The notes under the pieces were generated by a model. The model was not told where the DNA came from. It ran no database searches and saw only the letters and a list, made by a program, of their open reading frames with translations. The translations under genes were made by a program, and so were the position numbers. Positions 1-8,017 of a DNA stretch of 64,000 bases are shown here, one piece after another (positions within the stretch are counted from its first letter, which is position 1; the number at the start of each line of letters is the position of its first letter). Origin of the DNA: a virus; IMG/VR virus record IMGVR_UViG_3300036792_000284, positions 32,001-96,000 of that record, one strand, 5' to 3'.

Positions 1-320
1 GCCTGGGCGTTGCGGGCGATCTCCTGGTCCGGCTTGGCGTAGGAATAGGACCCGATCGACTCGCTTTCCAGCGGGTTGGCGAGCACCTGCTGGTAGGGGA
101 AGCGCAGGTAGATGTAGTCGCCCATGGCCATGATGCCCATATTGGCCAGCAGCTGGAAGTCGGGTGCCATCCCGGCGTAGTCGTCAGCGCTCAGTTCGGC
201 CATGACGGTGAACATCAGGGCGGCCTGCAGCAGCGCGGAGTTGACGTAGCTGGTGTAGCTGGCCAGCGGCCGGCCGGAGAAGTCGGCCAGCTCCGCCGCA
301 GTCGGTACCGGCCAGGTCAC
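1..320 (-). CDS. Head-tail adaptor-like virion protein (runs off window edge)
   Basis: Manual translation from GTG 320: MTWPVPTAAELADFSGRPLASY...ESESIGSYSYAKP. SESIGxYSY resembles head-completion proteins; lies downstream of capsid genes. Confidence 0.55.
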   Translation of the reverse strand, partial: MTWPVPTAAELADFSGRPLASYTSYVNSALLQAALMFTVMAELSADDYAGMAPDFQLLANMGIMAMGDYIYLRFPYQQVLANPLESESIGSYSYAKPDQEIARNAQ

Positions 321-565
321 GACGGGCTCCGCAGCCCGGTCAGCAGCATCCGGAACTCGGGCAGGTGAGCTTTCCGGACAGCGGCGTACGCGTCTGCGCC
401 GGCCTTGTGGCTGGTCGCCCCGGCCTGGCGTGCGTCCGCGTACGCCTGACGGCGCTCGTCCGGGTACCGCTGCGCCAGCATGGTCTGCGCCTTTACGTAG
501 GCCCGCATGGCGGCCTGGCGCCGTTCCCTGTTCTCGGCGTACCACGCCATCGACCGGGCGCTCAC
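317..565 (-). CDS. Hypothetical protein
   Basis: GTGA overlaps with both neighbours; start trimmed from the track ORF 317..682. Confidence 0.55.
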   Translation of the reverse strand: MSARSMAWYAENRERRQAAMRAYVKAQTMLAQRYPDERRQAYADARQAGATSHKAGADAYAAVRKAHLPEFRMLLTGLRSPS

Positions 566-1293
566 GACTGCCCCGCGAAAGCCAGCCGGGCCAGTTCGTG
601 GCTGGCCGGCAGAATCAGTGCCTCGCCGTCTGCCCGGGCGGCCATGTGCATGGCGTGCACCGGGCTGCCCACGTTGGCCCACAGCACTTGCACCCGGCGG
701 TCGCCGGACCCGCGCGGCGCGACCGGCACCACCGCCACCTGGTGCCCCTCGCTGTCGGTGACGAACAGGTTGAAGTCAGCCTGCTTGAACGTCTCGATCT
801 CGACGATGGGCGACGGGTAGTGGTGCACCCCGGCGCCGCGCGGCAACACACCGGAGTGCACGTTGGCAGGCATCGGCACGCTGGCGTTGCAGATGCTGTC
901 GGTCCACTGCGCGACCCCGGCCGCGTCGGTGACGGGGGTGTCGAGCAGATCGCGGATGCCCAGCTCGGCCACCGCGTCGGGGAAGGCGGCGTACAGCCTG
1001 CGCGCGTTCTGGCGGAGCAGGTCGACGCGCTCCGGATCGGCGCAGAACTGAGCACTCCACTCGATCCCAGCCAGGTTGCGGACGAAGAACCAACCCTGCC
1101 CGTCCTTCAGCCACAGGCCGCCGCCGTGGTGGTCCTGGATGGGCGGGGCACCGTAGTAGGTGCCACTGCCGGCCAGCTCGTGCAACCTGGCCCGCGAGGC
1201 CTTGTACTCCTCGGAGTCCGTGCGGGGCGGGTGGTCGGGGATGTTAATGTCCCACCCGTGGTCCTCGTGCTCGGTGTGCTCGCCGCCGCTCAT
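562..1293 (-). CDS. Hypothetical protein (possibly DUF6424-like; His-rich DHH/HHYP motifs)
   Basis: ATG 1293 overlaps the upstream stop and follows the CCGATT-N8 motif; family guess is from memory. Confidence 0.6.
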   Translation of the reverse strand: MSGGEHTEHEDHGWDINIPDHPPRTDSEEYKASRARLHELAGSGTYYGAPPIQDHHGGGLWLKDGQGWFFVRNLAGIEWSAQFCADPERVDLLRQNARRLYAAFPDAVAELGIRDLLDTPVTDAAGVAQWTDSICNASVPMPANVHSGVLPRGAGVHHYPSPIVEIETFKQADFNLFVTDSEGHQVAVVPVAPRGSGDRRVQVLWANVGSPVHAMHMAARADGEALILPASHELARLAFAGQS

Positions 1294-1610
1294 GCCGGTG
1301 GAATCGGCGGCGCGGCGACCTCGAAGTAGTCCGCGCCGACCACCTGCACCTCCCCGGTGCCGAGCCACTGGACGGCATAGAGCACGGTTCCCGGGCCTGC
1401 CCACCCGCTGGTGTCGATGTCGTAGTAGTAGACGCCCGTCGACTGCCGGATCACCTGCGCGGAGGCATAGGTGACCGTGGTCACGGCCCCGGCCGCGCCC
1501 GCCTGGTATTGCAGGGTGACGGCAGCGGGGTCCGCCGCCTCGCCGTTCAGGTCGAAGAAGTTGCCGGTCTCGCGGACCAGCGTCCCGGCTATGTAGGTGT
1601 TCGTGCTCAT
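1290..1610 (-). CDS. Putative beta-rich virion structural protein
   Basis: GGAGA RBS; beta-strand pattern (TGVYYYDIDT); in the late operon. Confidence 0.55.
   Translation of the reverse strand: MSTNTYIAGTLVRETGNFFDLNGEAADPAAVTLQYQAGAAGAVTTVTYASAQVIRQSTGVYYYDIDTSGWAGPGTVLYAVQWLGTGEVQVVGADYFEVAAPPIPPA
1302..1307 (-). promoter_or_regulatory. CGAT-class late promoter candidate
   Basis: CCGATT-N8-ATG. Confidence 0.65.
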
Positions 1611-3175
1611 GTGCTGTTCTCCGGTCTCACGTGCGGGGCGGCATTGGCGGGCTGCACCTGCGGCGCGGCATTGGCGGGCTGCACCTGCGGCGCGCCATTG
1701 GCGGGCTGCACCTGCGGCGCGGCATTGGCGGGCTGCGCCCGCGGGGCGGCGTTGGCGGACTGCAGGTGCGGGGCGGCGTTAGCGGACTGCAGGTGCGGGG
1801 CGGCGTTGGCTACCCCGACAGAGCCGGACTGGCCAGGGCTGTTGCCGGTGACAGCGAGAACATCCTGCGCCAGCCCGGTATCGGTCAGGGCCAGGGCCCT
1901 GACCAGGGCAAGCTCGTCGGCGGCGGCCCCGGAGTCTGCTAGCAGCAGCTGTCCGACCGTTAGCTGCTCCGCGGCGGCTCCGCTGTCAGCCAGAGTGACC
2001 AGGACGGCCAACTGGAGAGACTCCGTGCCGGCCCCAGAGTCGGGCAGCCGGACGGTCAGTCCGGCCAGGAACTGCTCAGCCGACTGGCCGGCGTCAGTCA
2101 GGGCCACGGCCACCGTGACGGCCAGATGGTCCAGCCCGGAGCCGGCATCAGCCAGAGGCGCCGCCGAAGACACCGCCAGGGTGTCCGCCCCGGACCCTGA
2201 ATCACTCAGTTGCGGGCTGCTGGTTCCCCCGACCGACAACATGTCAGTGCCGGCGCCGCCGTCAGCCAGCCCCAGGGCCTGCGCCGGAATGGCGAGAGCG
2301 TCCGTCCCGGACCCCAGGTCGGCCAGTGACACGGCCACCTGGCCGACGGCCAGGACATCGGTACCCTGGCCCGCGTCAGCGAGGCTAGTCGCCGCGACCT
2401 GCGAGGTGACCAGGACATCGGCACCCGCGCCGCTGTCGGCCAGGCCGGGCATCACCCCGAGCGCGGCGGACCCGGCCCCGGCTTCAGTGAGGCTGACCGC
2501 CGCGGTCTGGGACGTGACGAGCGTGTCTGTGCCTGTGCCGGCTTCGGCGAGACTCGGCATCACCCCGAGCGCGGCGGCCCCGGCTCCGGCTTCGGTGAGT
2601 GAGACAGGCTGCATCAGGGTCAGCGCATCCGCGCCCAAGCCACTGTCGGCCAGCCCCGGCATCACCCCGAGTGAGGCGGTGCTGGCCCCGGCTTCGGCGA
2701 GTGACACAGCCTGCAGCAGGGTCAGCGCATCCGCGCCCAAGCCGCTGTCGGTGAGCGGTACCGGCTGGGTCGCCGTGAAGGCGTCGGCCCCAGATCCCGC
2801 CTCCGTCAGGCCGGGCAGGACCCCTAGCGCGTCCGAGCCGGTGCCTGATTCGGTCAGGGGAACGGTCGTCACGCCCGTGACCGTCAGGCTGTCAGCCCCG
2901 GCCCCGGCCTCCGCCAGGCTCGGCATCACCCCGAGCGTGTCGGAGCCGGCTCCCGAGTCAGCTAGGGGCGCTGGCTGGGTAAACGCCAGGGAATCGGTTC
3001 CGGCTCCGGTATCGGTAAGCGGGATACCGACCTGTGAAACATCCAGAACATCCGCGCCCGTGCCAGTCTCGGCGAGCGGGACTCCGACCGCGGCCGAGAC
3101 TGCGGGCGGAGTTATGACCTGCTGAGTCCTCCGGTGCCGGCGCCTCCATGCCGCGCTGCCCGGCTGTGTGGCCAC
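1607..3175 (-). CDS. Repeat-rich virion (fibre-like) protein
   Basis: About 23 imperfect L(A/T)(D/E)xGxGxDxL repeats plus a 9-aa C-terminal repeat. Confidence 0.65.
   Translation of the reverse strand: MATQPGSAAWRRRHRRTQQVITPPAVSAAVGVPLAETGTGADVLDVSQVGIPLTDTGAGTDSLAFTQPAPLADSGAGSDTLGVMPSLAEAGAGADSLTVTGVTTVPLTESGTGSDALGVLPGLTEAGSGADAFTATQPVPLTDSGLGADALTLLQAVSLAEAGASTASLGVMPGLADSGLGADALTLMQPVSLTEAGAGAAALGVMPSLAEAGTGTDTLVTSQTAAVSLTEAGAGSAALGVMPGLADSGAGADVLVTSQVAATSLADAGQGTDVLAVGQVAVSLADLGSGTDALAIPAQALGLADGGAGTDMLSVGGTSSPQLSDSGSGADTLAVSSAAPLADAGSGLDHLAVTVAVALTDAGQSAEQFLAGLTVRLPDSGAGTESLQLAVLVTLADSGAAAEQLTVGQLLLADSGAAADELALVRALALTDTGLAQDVLAVTGNSPGQSGSVGVANAAPHLQSANAAPHLQSANAAPRAQPANAAPQVQPANGAPQVQPANAAPQVQPANAAPHVRPENST
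1622..1810. repeat. 27-bp coding tandem repeat, about 7 copies
   Basis: Encodes ANAAP(H/Q/R)(L/V/A)Q(S/P) units. Confidence 0.9.
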
Positions 3176-3215
3176 AGCCGCACCCCCTCAGCTAGTTCTC
3201 ACCGCGAAGGGGCGG

Positions 3216-3794
3216 CTAGTTCTCTCCGTACACCTTGAACTGCTGAAGCGTGGTCGTGTTGCTTGAGCTAGCCACAGACCATGTGCCCCACAGCTCCAGG
3301 AACAGGCTGATCTCGTTGTTCAGCGCAGTAAGGGAGTTAGAGAGGATGGCCGCGTTGTAGGCGGTGCCGAAAGCATTCGCTGTCGTACCCGACACCCGCA
3401 CAGCCCCGTTGAACTGGATGGTCGTGCCGGCATTGCCGACCGCCTGGCAGGTGATGTCACCAGTCAGGTCCCAGTTGGAGGTACCTGTAGCGGGGGTGAT
3501 CGTACCCGTGGTGAACAGGGTTGCGCCGCCGACACCCCCGATCGTGCCCGCCGCCACGTCGAGCCCGCCTGCGAAGGCGAACGTTGCGGTGCCTGCCCCT
3601 CCCCCGACCGTGCCCGCCGCCATGATCTTCAGCGCCTTGCCGACCTGGCTGAAGTAGTTAGCCGGGATAATGCACCGGGGCACCGACGTGGAGGCAGCGG
3701 CGGAGATGACCGCCTGCGCTGTGTAGTTGTTCTTTATGACAGGTGCCGGGAGTTCGTACAGCAGCTCCGGCCACGTGTTCGTGTAACTCGACAT
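3216..3794 (-). CDS. Putative virion structural protein
   Basis: G/T/A-rich beta-type protein in the late operon. Confidence 0.55.
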   Translation of the reverse strand: MSSYTNTWPELLYELPAPVIKNNYTAQAVISAAASTSVPRCIIPANYFSQVGKALKIMAAGTVGGGAGTATFAFAGGLDVAAGTIGGVGGATLFTTGTITPATGTSNWDLTGDITCQAVGNAGTTIQFNGAVRVSGTTANAFGTAYNAAILSNSLTALNNEISLFLELWGTWSVASSSNTTTLQQFKVYGEN

Positions 3795-3806
3795 GACCGC
3801 CGCCTG

Positions 3807-3848
3807 TCAGATGAACGTGTAGGTGACGGGGGCGTTCCAGGTCATCAT
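3807..3848 (-). CDS. 13-aa mini-ORF MMTWNAPVTYTFI copying the C-terminus of the upstream gene
   Basis: GAGGA 7 nt before the first ATG; 27-nt near-duplicate of 3869-3895. Confidence 0.3.
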   Translation of the reverse strand: MMTWNAPVTYTFI

Positions 3849-3858
3849 GGTGCCATCC

Positions 3859-4539
3859 TCATGTCCAGGTGTAAGTGACGGTGGCGTTCCAGGTCTGCAC
3901 CGATGTCTTCTGCCCCGCCGCGCATGCCCCGTGAGAGAAGAACGGAGCCGTCTGGATCGTCGCCAACGGGCCTGTCGCGGTTGTCCCCAGGTCCACGCCG
4001 AACTCTGTGATGCCGCTGCCAGTGGAGTCATTAGCTTCAGTGGTGGCGAACTGCGCCCCCAAGATCAGGCCCCCTGTGTGCGTGGACGACACCGTGGGGG
4101 TCGCATTAAGCGGCTTCCAGTTGCTGCCGGTGATGTTCGTGACGGAGGTGAGCCCGGTGTCCGCGTAGTTGCCCGCCGTGTACGCCCCGGAACCCAGGCC
4201 GATGCGCCCCACGCCGCTGGCGAACTTGGTCACCGCCGAACCGGCGACGCCGTTCATGAGCATCTGCCAGCCCGCGTCTTGGATGTTGTTGCAGTCCTCA
4301 GCGAGGACACTCTCGAACGGCTTGCACTTGAGCCGGGCGAAGTCGGCAGCGATCGGCTCCACGCCGGGCCGAATCAGCCGCTGGCCGTCATAGTCCTTGC
4401 GCGTGGCCCACTTGATCTGGTCGAGATCCCACTTCTCCACCAGAAAATTGGTACGGTGCCCGCCGCTTTCCGCGTGGCCTAGGCCGACGTTCAGGCCGAA
4501 GGCTTCGCGCCCGGCCCCTCGCTCCTGCGCCACTGGCAC
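3859..4539 (-). CDS. Putative virion structural protein
   Basis: ORF track; beta-rich C-terminus ending TWNATVTYTWT. Confidence 0.6.
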   Translation of the reverse strand: MPVAQERGAGREAFGLNVGLGHAESGGHRTNFLVEKWDLDQIKWATRKDYDGQRLIRPGVEPIAADFARLKCKPFESVLAEDCNNIQDAGWQMLMNGVAGSAVTKFASGVGRIGLGSGAYTAGNYADTGLTSVTNITGSNWKPLNATPTVSSTHTGGLILGAQFATTEANDSTGSGITEFGVDLGTTATGPLATIQTAPFFSHGACAAGQKTSVQTWNATVTYTWT

Positions 4540-4599
4540 TCCTGTCGCCGGGTAGCCGGCTGCCTCTGGTTTGTCTTCGGCTACAGGCTGTGCAATCGT

Positions 4600-5322
4600 C
4601 TAGCCGAACGCCGGAGCGGGGACTGCCCGGCCGCGGCGCTGCTCGGCGAGGTCCGCCTGGCGGAGCTGCTCTTCGGACGGGCCGGCGAACGCGACCTTGT
4701 TGCCCTGCGGGTCGGTGCCCGCCAGCTGCTCGAAGCTGCCCAGTGCCTCGGTATACGAGCGGCGCCCGGGCCACGGGCCGAAGTCGAACTTCTGCACCCC
4801 CCACCGCTCGATCTGCTGCCAGCGGTTCAGGGTGATCCACGCCAGGGCCTCTGCCCAGCGCGGGTGGTTCGGCCCGATCTCCAGCTCCTGCCCCCGGTAC
4901 CACACCGCGCCGAACGCGGTCAGCCCGTCGGCCACGAAGTGGATGAGCACCGCCTCGCCCTCGGCGGGAACGTAGGACGGCGGAGCGGCCTCAAACTGCG
5001 CGGCGGCGGCCATCGCCTCGGCGTGCTGGCGGTCGCGCTCGGCCCGCTCGGCAGGGGTCAGCTCCCCGGCGGGGCGGGGACGCATCAGCTCGCCGGCCAC
5101 CGGGAGGGCGGCGCCCATCGGCAGCCCGCAGGCGGCGCAGAACCGGGAGTCGGGGTGGTTCTCGTGACCCAGTGCGCACCGGGCAATCTCCGTTGGAGCG
5201 TCAGAGGCAACTTCCAACGAACGGGCCTGTTCCGTTGGAACGTCGGCTGACCTGCTGGGGCGCAGCCGCTCGGAAGCGGCCACCACATCGACGACGACCT
5301 GCTGGCCGCTAAGTCCTGCCAT
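4600..5322 (-). CDS. Zinc-ribbon-containing hypothetical protein
   Basis: CALGH...CAAC motif; CCGATT-N8-ATG start. Confidence 0.65.
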   Translation of the reverse strand: MAGLSGQQVVVDVVAASERLRPSRSADVPTEQARSLEVASDAPTEIARCALGHENHPDSRFCAACGLPMGAALPVAGELMRPRPAGELTPAERAERDRQHAEAMAAAAQFEAAPPSYVPAEGEAVLIHFVADGLTAFGAVWYRGQELEIGPNHPRWAEALAWITLNRWQQIERWGVQKFDFGPWPGRRSYTEALGSFEQLAGTDPQGNKVAFAGPSEEQLRQADLAEQRRGRAVPAPAFG

Positions 5323-5330
5323 GCGGGAGG

Positions 5331-5336
5331 AATCGG
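5331..5336 (-). promoter_or_regulatory. CGAT-class late promoter candidate
   Basis: CCGATT-N8-ATG. Confidence 0.65.
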
Positions 5337-5347
5337 CGGCAGGGCAC

Positions 5348-5385
5348 GCAAAAGGGGCCCGGTTTGCGACCCGGGCCCCTTTTGC
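5348..5385. terminator. Bidirectional intrinsic terminator
   Basis: Perfect 15-bp inverted repeat gcaaaaggggcccgg / ccgggccccttttgc. Confidence 0.85.
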
Positions 5386-5401
5386 AGTGACTCCCCCGTG
5401 C

Positions 5402-5518
5402 TTACCTGCTCACCGGGAAGGCGCCGGCGCTGGTGATGCGCCGGTCCAGGCCGAAGCCCGCTTCGGTGTCGAGTTCGGCGGCGGGGGCGATAGCGGCACC
5501 CTGGCTGTTACTGAACAT
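5402..5518 (-). CDS. 38-aa small ORF
   Basis: AGGAG RBS; MFSNSQGAAIAPAAELDTEAGFGLDRRITSAGAFPVSR. Confidence 0.4.
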   Translation of the reverse strand: MFSNSQGAAIAPAAELDTEAGFGLDRRITSAGAFPVSR

Positions 5519-5700
5519 GACTGCTCCTATGAGTTGGGTGAGAATGACCCGAAATCGGGAGGGACGACTCGCGGCCCTGCTTCGGTCCCGCAGGCTCGTA
5601 CTGGGTCGTGGCCTGGACCCGGTCTCCCGGATGGCGGCGTCCGCCCCTCCCTCATTCCCGGTGCCGGGTCCGAGGGGAAAACCCTCGTGCCGCGGCACGC
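5519..5700 (-). ncRNA. Candidate highly structured leader or ncRNA
   Basis: At least 7 short hairpins, e.g. CGTGCC-GC-GGCACG, CCCGG-CA-CCGGG, GGCGG-ACG-CCGCC, CCCGA-TT-TCGGG. Confidence 0.35.
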
Positions 5701-5790
5701 TAACTACTACGTCCGAGGATGCAGCAACCTGCGTGCACGTGCATCCGGGTCGTGCAAACTTCAGGAACGTTTAAGGTACGTGATCATAGG

Positions 5791-5829
5791 AAAGGCCCCG
5801 ATTCTTGTCAAGAGTCAAGAATCGGGGCC
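5791..5829 (-). terminator. Terminator after the major capsid gene
   Basis: 14-bp inverted repeat ggccccgattcttg / caagaatcggggcc followed by TTT. Confidence 0.8.
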
Positions 5830-5839
5830 CGCCTAAGAG

Positions 5840-7153
5840 CTAGTCGATATTGCCGCCGCCCGCAGCGTTCCCAACCGATCCAGCCCAGTAACCGGCAGGA
5901 ACGGTCGGGCTGGCGGCGTTGGCGATGATGTTGGTGGCGACCAGCATCTGCTCCGGCCGGGTCACGATCGGCAGCATGTGCCATTCGAGCAGGTACTGCC
6001 GCGCGGACGGGTCCTTCTCTTTCCACGTCTTGGCGTACTTGCCCGTGAAGCCCTCGGGCGCCTCGTCGTCGGCGGTCGGACCAATCAGCAGCTCCACCGG
6101 CCGCTGGTCGGTGTAGTTGCCCATGTAGAGCTGGCCGTCCGGCACAAAAAACGTCAGGTTGCCGAGGTCGGACTCGAAGACCTGCTCGACGGTGTTCCAG
6201 GTGAGGCCCATGAAGCCGGTCATCAGGCCGGTCGAGTAGTACTCGTCCTTCATCCGGTCGCTCAGCATGGTCGCCGGAATCGACACGGTGGACGCCTGGG
6301 TCGCGGACACCCACGCCTCCATCAGGCCGGCCATGGTGACCGAGGTGGCGAAGACTTCCTTGGCCGGCACGCGCCCGTGCACCTGCAGCAGCCGCTTCCA
6401 GGACCGGACGTCCTCCATGATCTGGACCGGCGTGGCGTAGGTGATGGTCGGGCTGGTGCCGGCATTCAGCCGGGTGTTGGCCTGGCCGAGCGTCGCACCC
6501 GTCGGGTCGTTCGGCGTGCCAGCACCGGCACCGCCGGTGGTGTAGTACTTCAGCGCGGTGTTCGTGACCCACGGCGCGGCCGGGGTGACGAAGTGGGAGG
6601 CCGGGAACTTGTAGTCGACCGTTGCCTGGACGTCCGCGTAGTTGTACTGGATACCGCCGCCCAGAGCCTGCCAGCAGCTCCACTCCGCGAAATTGTCGAA
6701 CCTCATGTTGAGGTCGTTGATCTCCCGCAGCACCGCGCGCTCGGCGTTGATGCGGGCGATCTCGCCCGGCGTCCGCAGCCAGTGCAGGGTGGTGGGCTCG
6801 AAGACCTTCTTCTCGCGCAGGTAAATGAAGCTCGCGCTTTCCTGGCTGCGGCCGAGACGGCTGATGATGTGTGCCTCGGAGTTGGGCACGTTCGGCTTGG
6901 CGACCGCGCGCGAGCCCTTCACCACGTCCCAGGTAGCGCTCGGGAACGGCCACGGCGTCTGGTCGAGGCGGTTCAGGAGCATCAGGGTCTCGGGCGTTAC
7001 GAATTTCTCCACAACGCCGCGAAGGACCACAGGCTCAAGGAGGCTGATATCAGGAATTTGGCTCACCCCTCCGGGCGTGTCGATGACAGGTCCTCGTGTC
7101 AGCGACACCCGAACGGGTGCCCGGCCTGCGCCGCTCCTTATCACAGGAGCCAC
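5840..7153 (-). CDS. Major capsid protein (start uncertain, possibly near 7066)
   Basis: PDISLLEPVVLRGVVEKF N-terminus, lambda gpE-like character, follows the decoration and protease genes. Confidence 0.85.
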   Translation of the reverse strand: MAPVIRSGAGRAPVRVSLTRGPVIDTPGGVSQIPDISLLEPVVLRGVVEKFVTPETLMLLNRLDQTPWPFPSATWDVVKGSRAVAKPNVPNSEAHIISRLGRSQESASFIYLREKKVFEPTTLHWLRTPGEIARINAERAVLREINDLNMRFDNFAEWSCWQALGGGIQYNYADVQATVDYKFPASHFVTPAAPWVTNTALKYYTTGGAGAGTPNDPTGATLGQANTRLNAGTSPTITYATPVQIMEDVRSWKRLLQVHGRVPAKEVFATSVTMAGLMEAWVSATQASTVSIPATMLSDRMKDEYYSTGLMTGFMGLTWNTVEQVFESDLGNLTFFVPDGQLYMGNYTDQRPVELLIGPTADDEAPEGFTGKYAKTWKEKDPSARQYLLEWHMLPIVTRPEQMLVATNIIANAASPTVPAGYWAGSVGNAAGGGNID

Positions 7154-7191
7154 CTGGCTGGCCTGGCCGCCGTGAGGCGGTTACCCGGTCT

Positions 7192-7197
7192 AATCGG
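7192..7197 (-). promoter_or_regulatory. CGAT-class late promoter candidate (capsid gene, leadered)
   Basis: CCGATT just downstream of a terminator hairpin. Confidence 0.6.
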
Positions 7198-7206
7198 ATA
7201 CAAGGA

Positions 7207-7259
7207 AAGCACTGAGCCCCGGAGGGCGGGCTCCGGGGCTCAGCGGGGACGGCAGGAGG
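7207..7259. repeat. Direct repeat copy 1 (terminator hairpin)
   Basis: aagcactgagccccggaggg...tccggggctcagcgg(g)gacggcaggagg; 12-bp stem CTGAGCCCCGGA/TCCGGGGCTCAG. Confidence 0.9.
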
Positions 7260-7270
7260 ACCGCCGGCAA

Positions 7271-7615
7271 CTACGGCGCGGGCGCCGGCACGATGGCCGT
7301 AACCGAGGTGACCGCCGTGTCCAGGTTCTGCTGAGTCGCCGCGAGCGAAGCAACCGCAGCGTTGAGCGCCGTGGTGTCGACGGTCGCCGGAAGGGCCGCC
7401 AGGGCGGCCCTAATGTTCGTGACGTCAGTGCCCAACTGCGTGACCTGGGTCCCCACGTCGGTCATGGTGGCCTGGATCTGGGTGACTGCCGCGTTGATGT
7501 CGTCCTGCGCCGCCATAACAGCTCCTAGTCTGCTGTCAACTTGTGACAGCCGCCGGTTAAGCCGCTGCTCCATGTCCCGGAGCGCAGCCTGAAGAGTCCT
7601 CCACGGAACCCACAC
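7271..7615 (-). CDS. Coiled-coil protein flanked by direct repeats
   Basis: GTG 7615 follows GCCGATA-N8; heptad-like pattern. Confidence 0.7.
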   Translation of the reverse strand: MWVPWRTLQAALRDMEQRLNRRLSQVDSRLGAVMAAQDDINAAVTQIQATMTDVGTQVTQLGTDVTNIRAALAALPATVDTTALNAAVASLAATQQNLDTAVTSVTAIVPAPAP

Positions 7616-7623
7616 GCCCGGGC

Positions 7624-7629
7624 TATCGG
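7624..7629 (-). promoter_or_regulatory. CGAT-class late promoter candidate
   Basis: GCCGATA-N8-GTG. Confidence 0.65.
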
Positions 7630-7634
7630 CCCGC

Positions 7635-7685
7635 AAGCACTGAGCCCCGGAGGGGGATTCCGGGGCTCAGCGGGACGGCAGGAGG
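7635..7685. repeat. Direct repeat copy 2 (terminator hairpin)
   Basis: First 20 nt identical to 7207-7226; same 12-bp stem. Confidence 0.9.
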
Positions 7686-7690
7686 CGCCG

Positions 7691-8017
7691 TCAGATTCTC
7701 CCGATAAGCGTCAGCTTGGTGGTGGTCGCGTCGGCCGCCGCCTGCACCACGTTCACCCGGAAGTACGGGCTGATGATGCTGAACGGCGTGCCGCTGGTCA
7801 CCGTGTATGCCAGGTCCGCGTCCACAGTCACCCCGTCGAAGCTGCCCTGCACCGTGACCGTGGTCGTGCCGCCTGCCACGGCCCACCACAGCAGCGCCTG
7901 GCTGATGGCTTTCGAGTCCTCCACCTGGCTGGACAGCTCGAACCACGGCGAGTTAAGCGTGCCGACTGCCTGCGTAAGCGGCGGCCCGCTGTAAGCCCAC
8001 AGCAGCCCGTCAGGCAT
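7691..8017 (-). CDS. Putative capsid-associated protein
   Basis: Stop/start overlap with the decoration gene; beta-rich. Confidence 0.6.
   Translation of the reverse strand: MPDGLLWAYSGPPLTQAVGTLNSPWFELSSQVEDSKAISQALLWWAVAGGTTTVTVQGSFDGVTVDADLAYTVTSGTPFSIISPYFRVNVVQAAADATTTKLTLIGRI

Noticed and set aside
1622-1810. Tandem repeats as a CRISPR array
   Set aside because: No unique spacers and no cas genes; the repeats are in-frame coding units.
3807-3895. Diversity-generating retroelement template/variable repeat pair
   Set aside because: Only 27 nt, differences are not adenine-specific, and there is no reverse transcriptase in the window.
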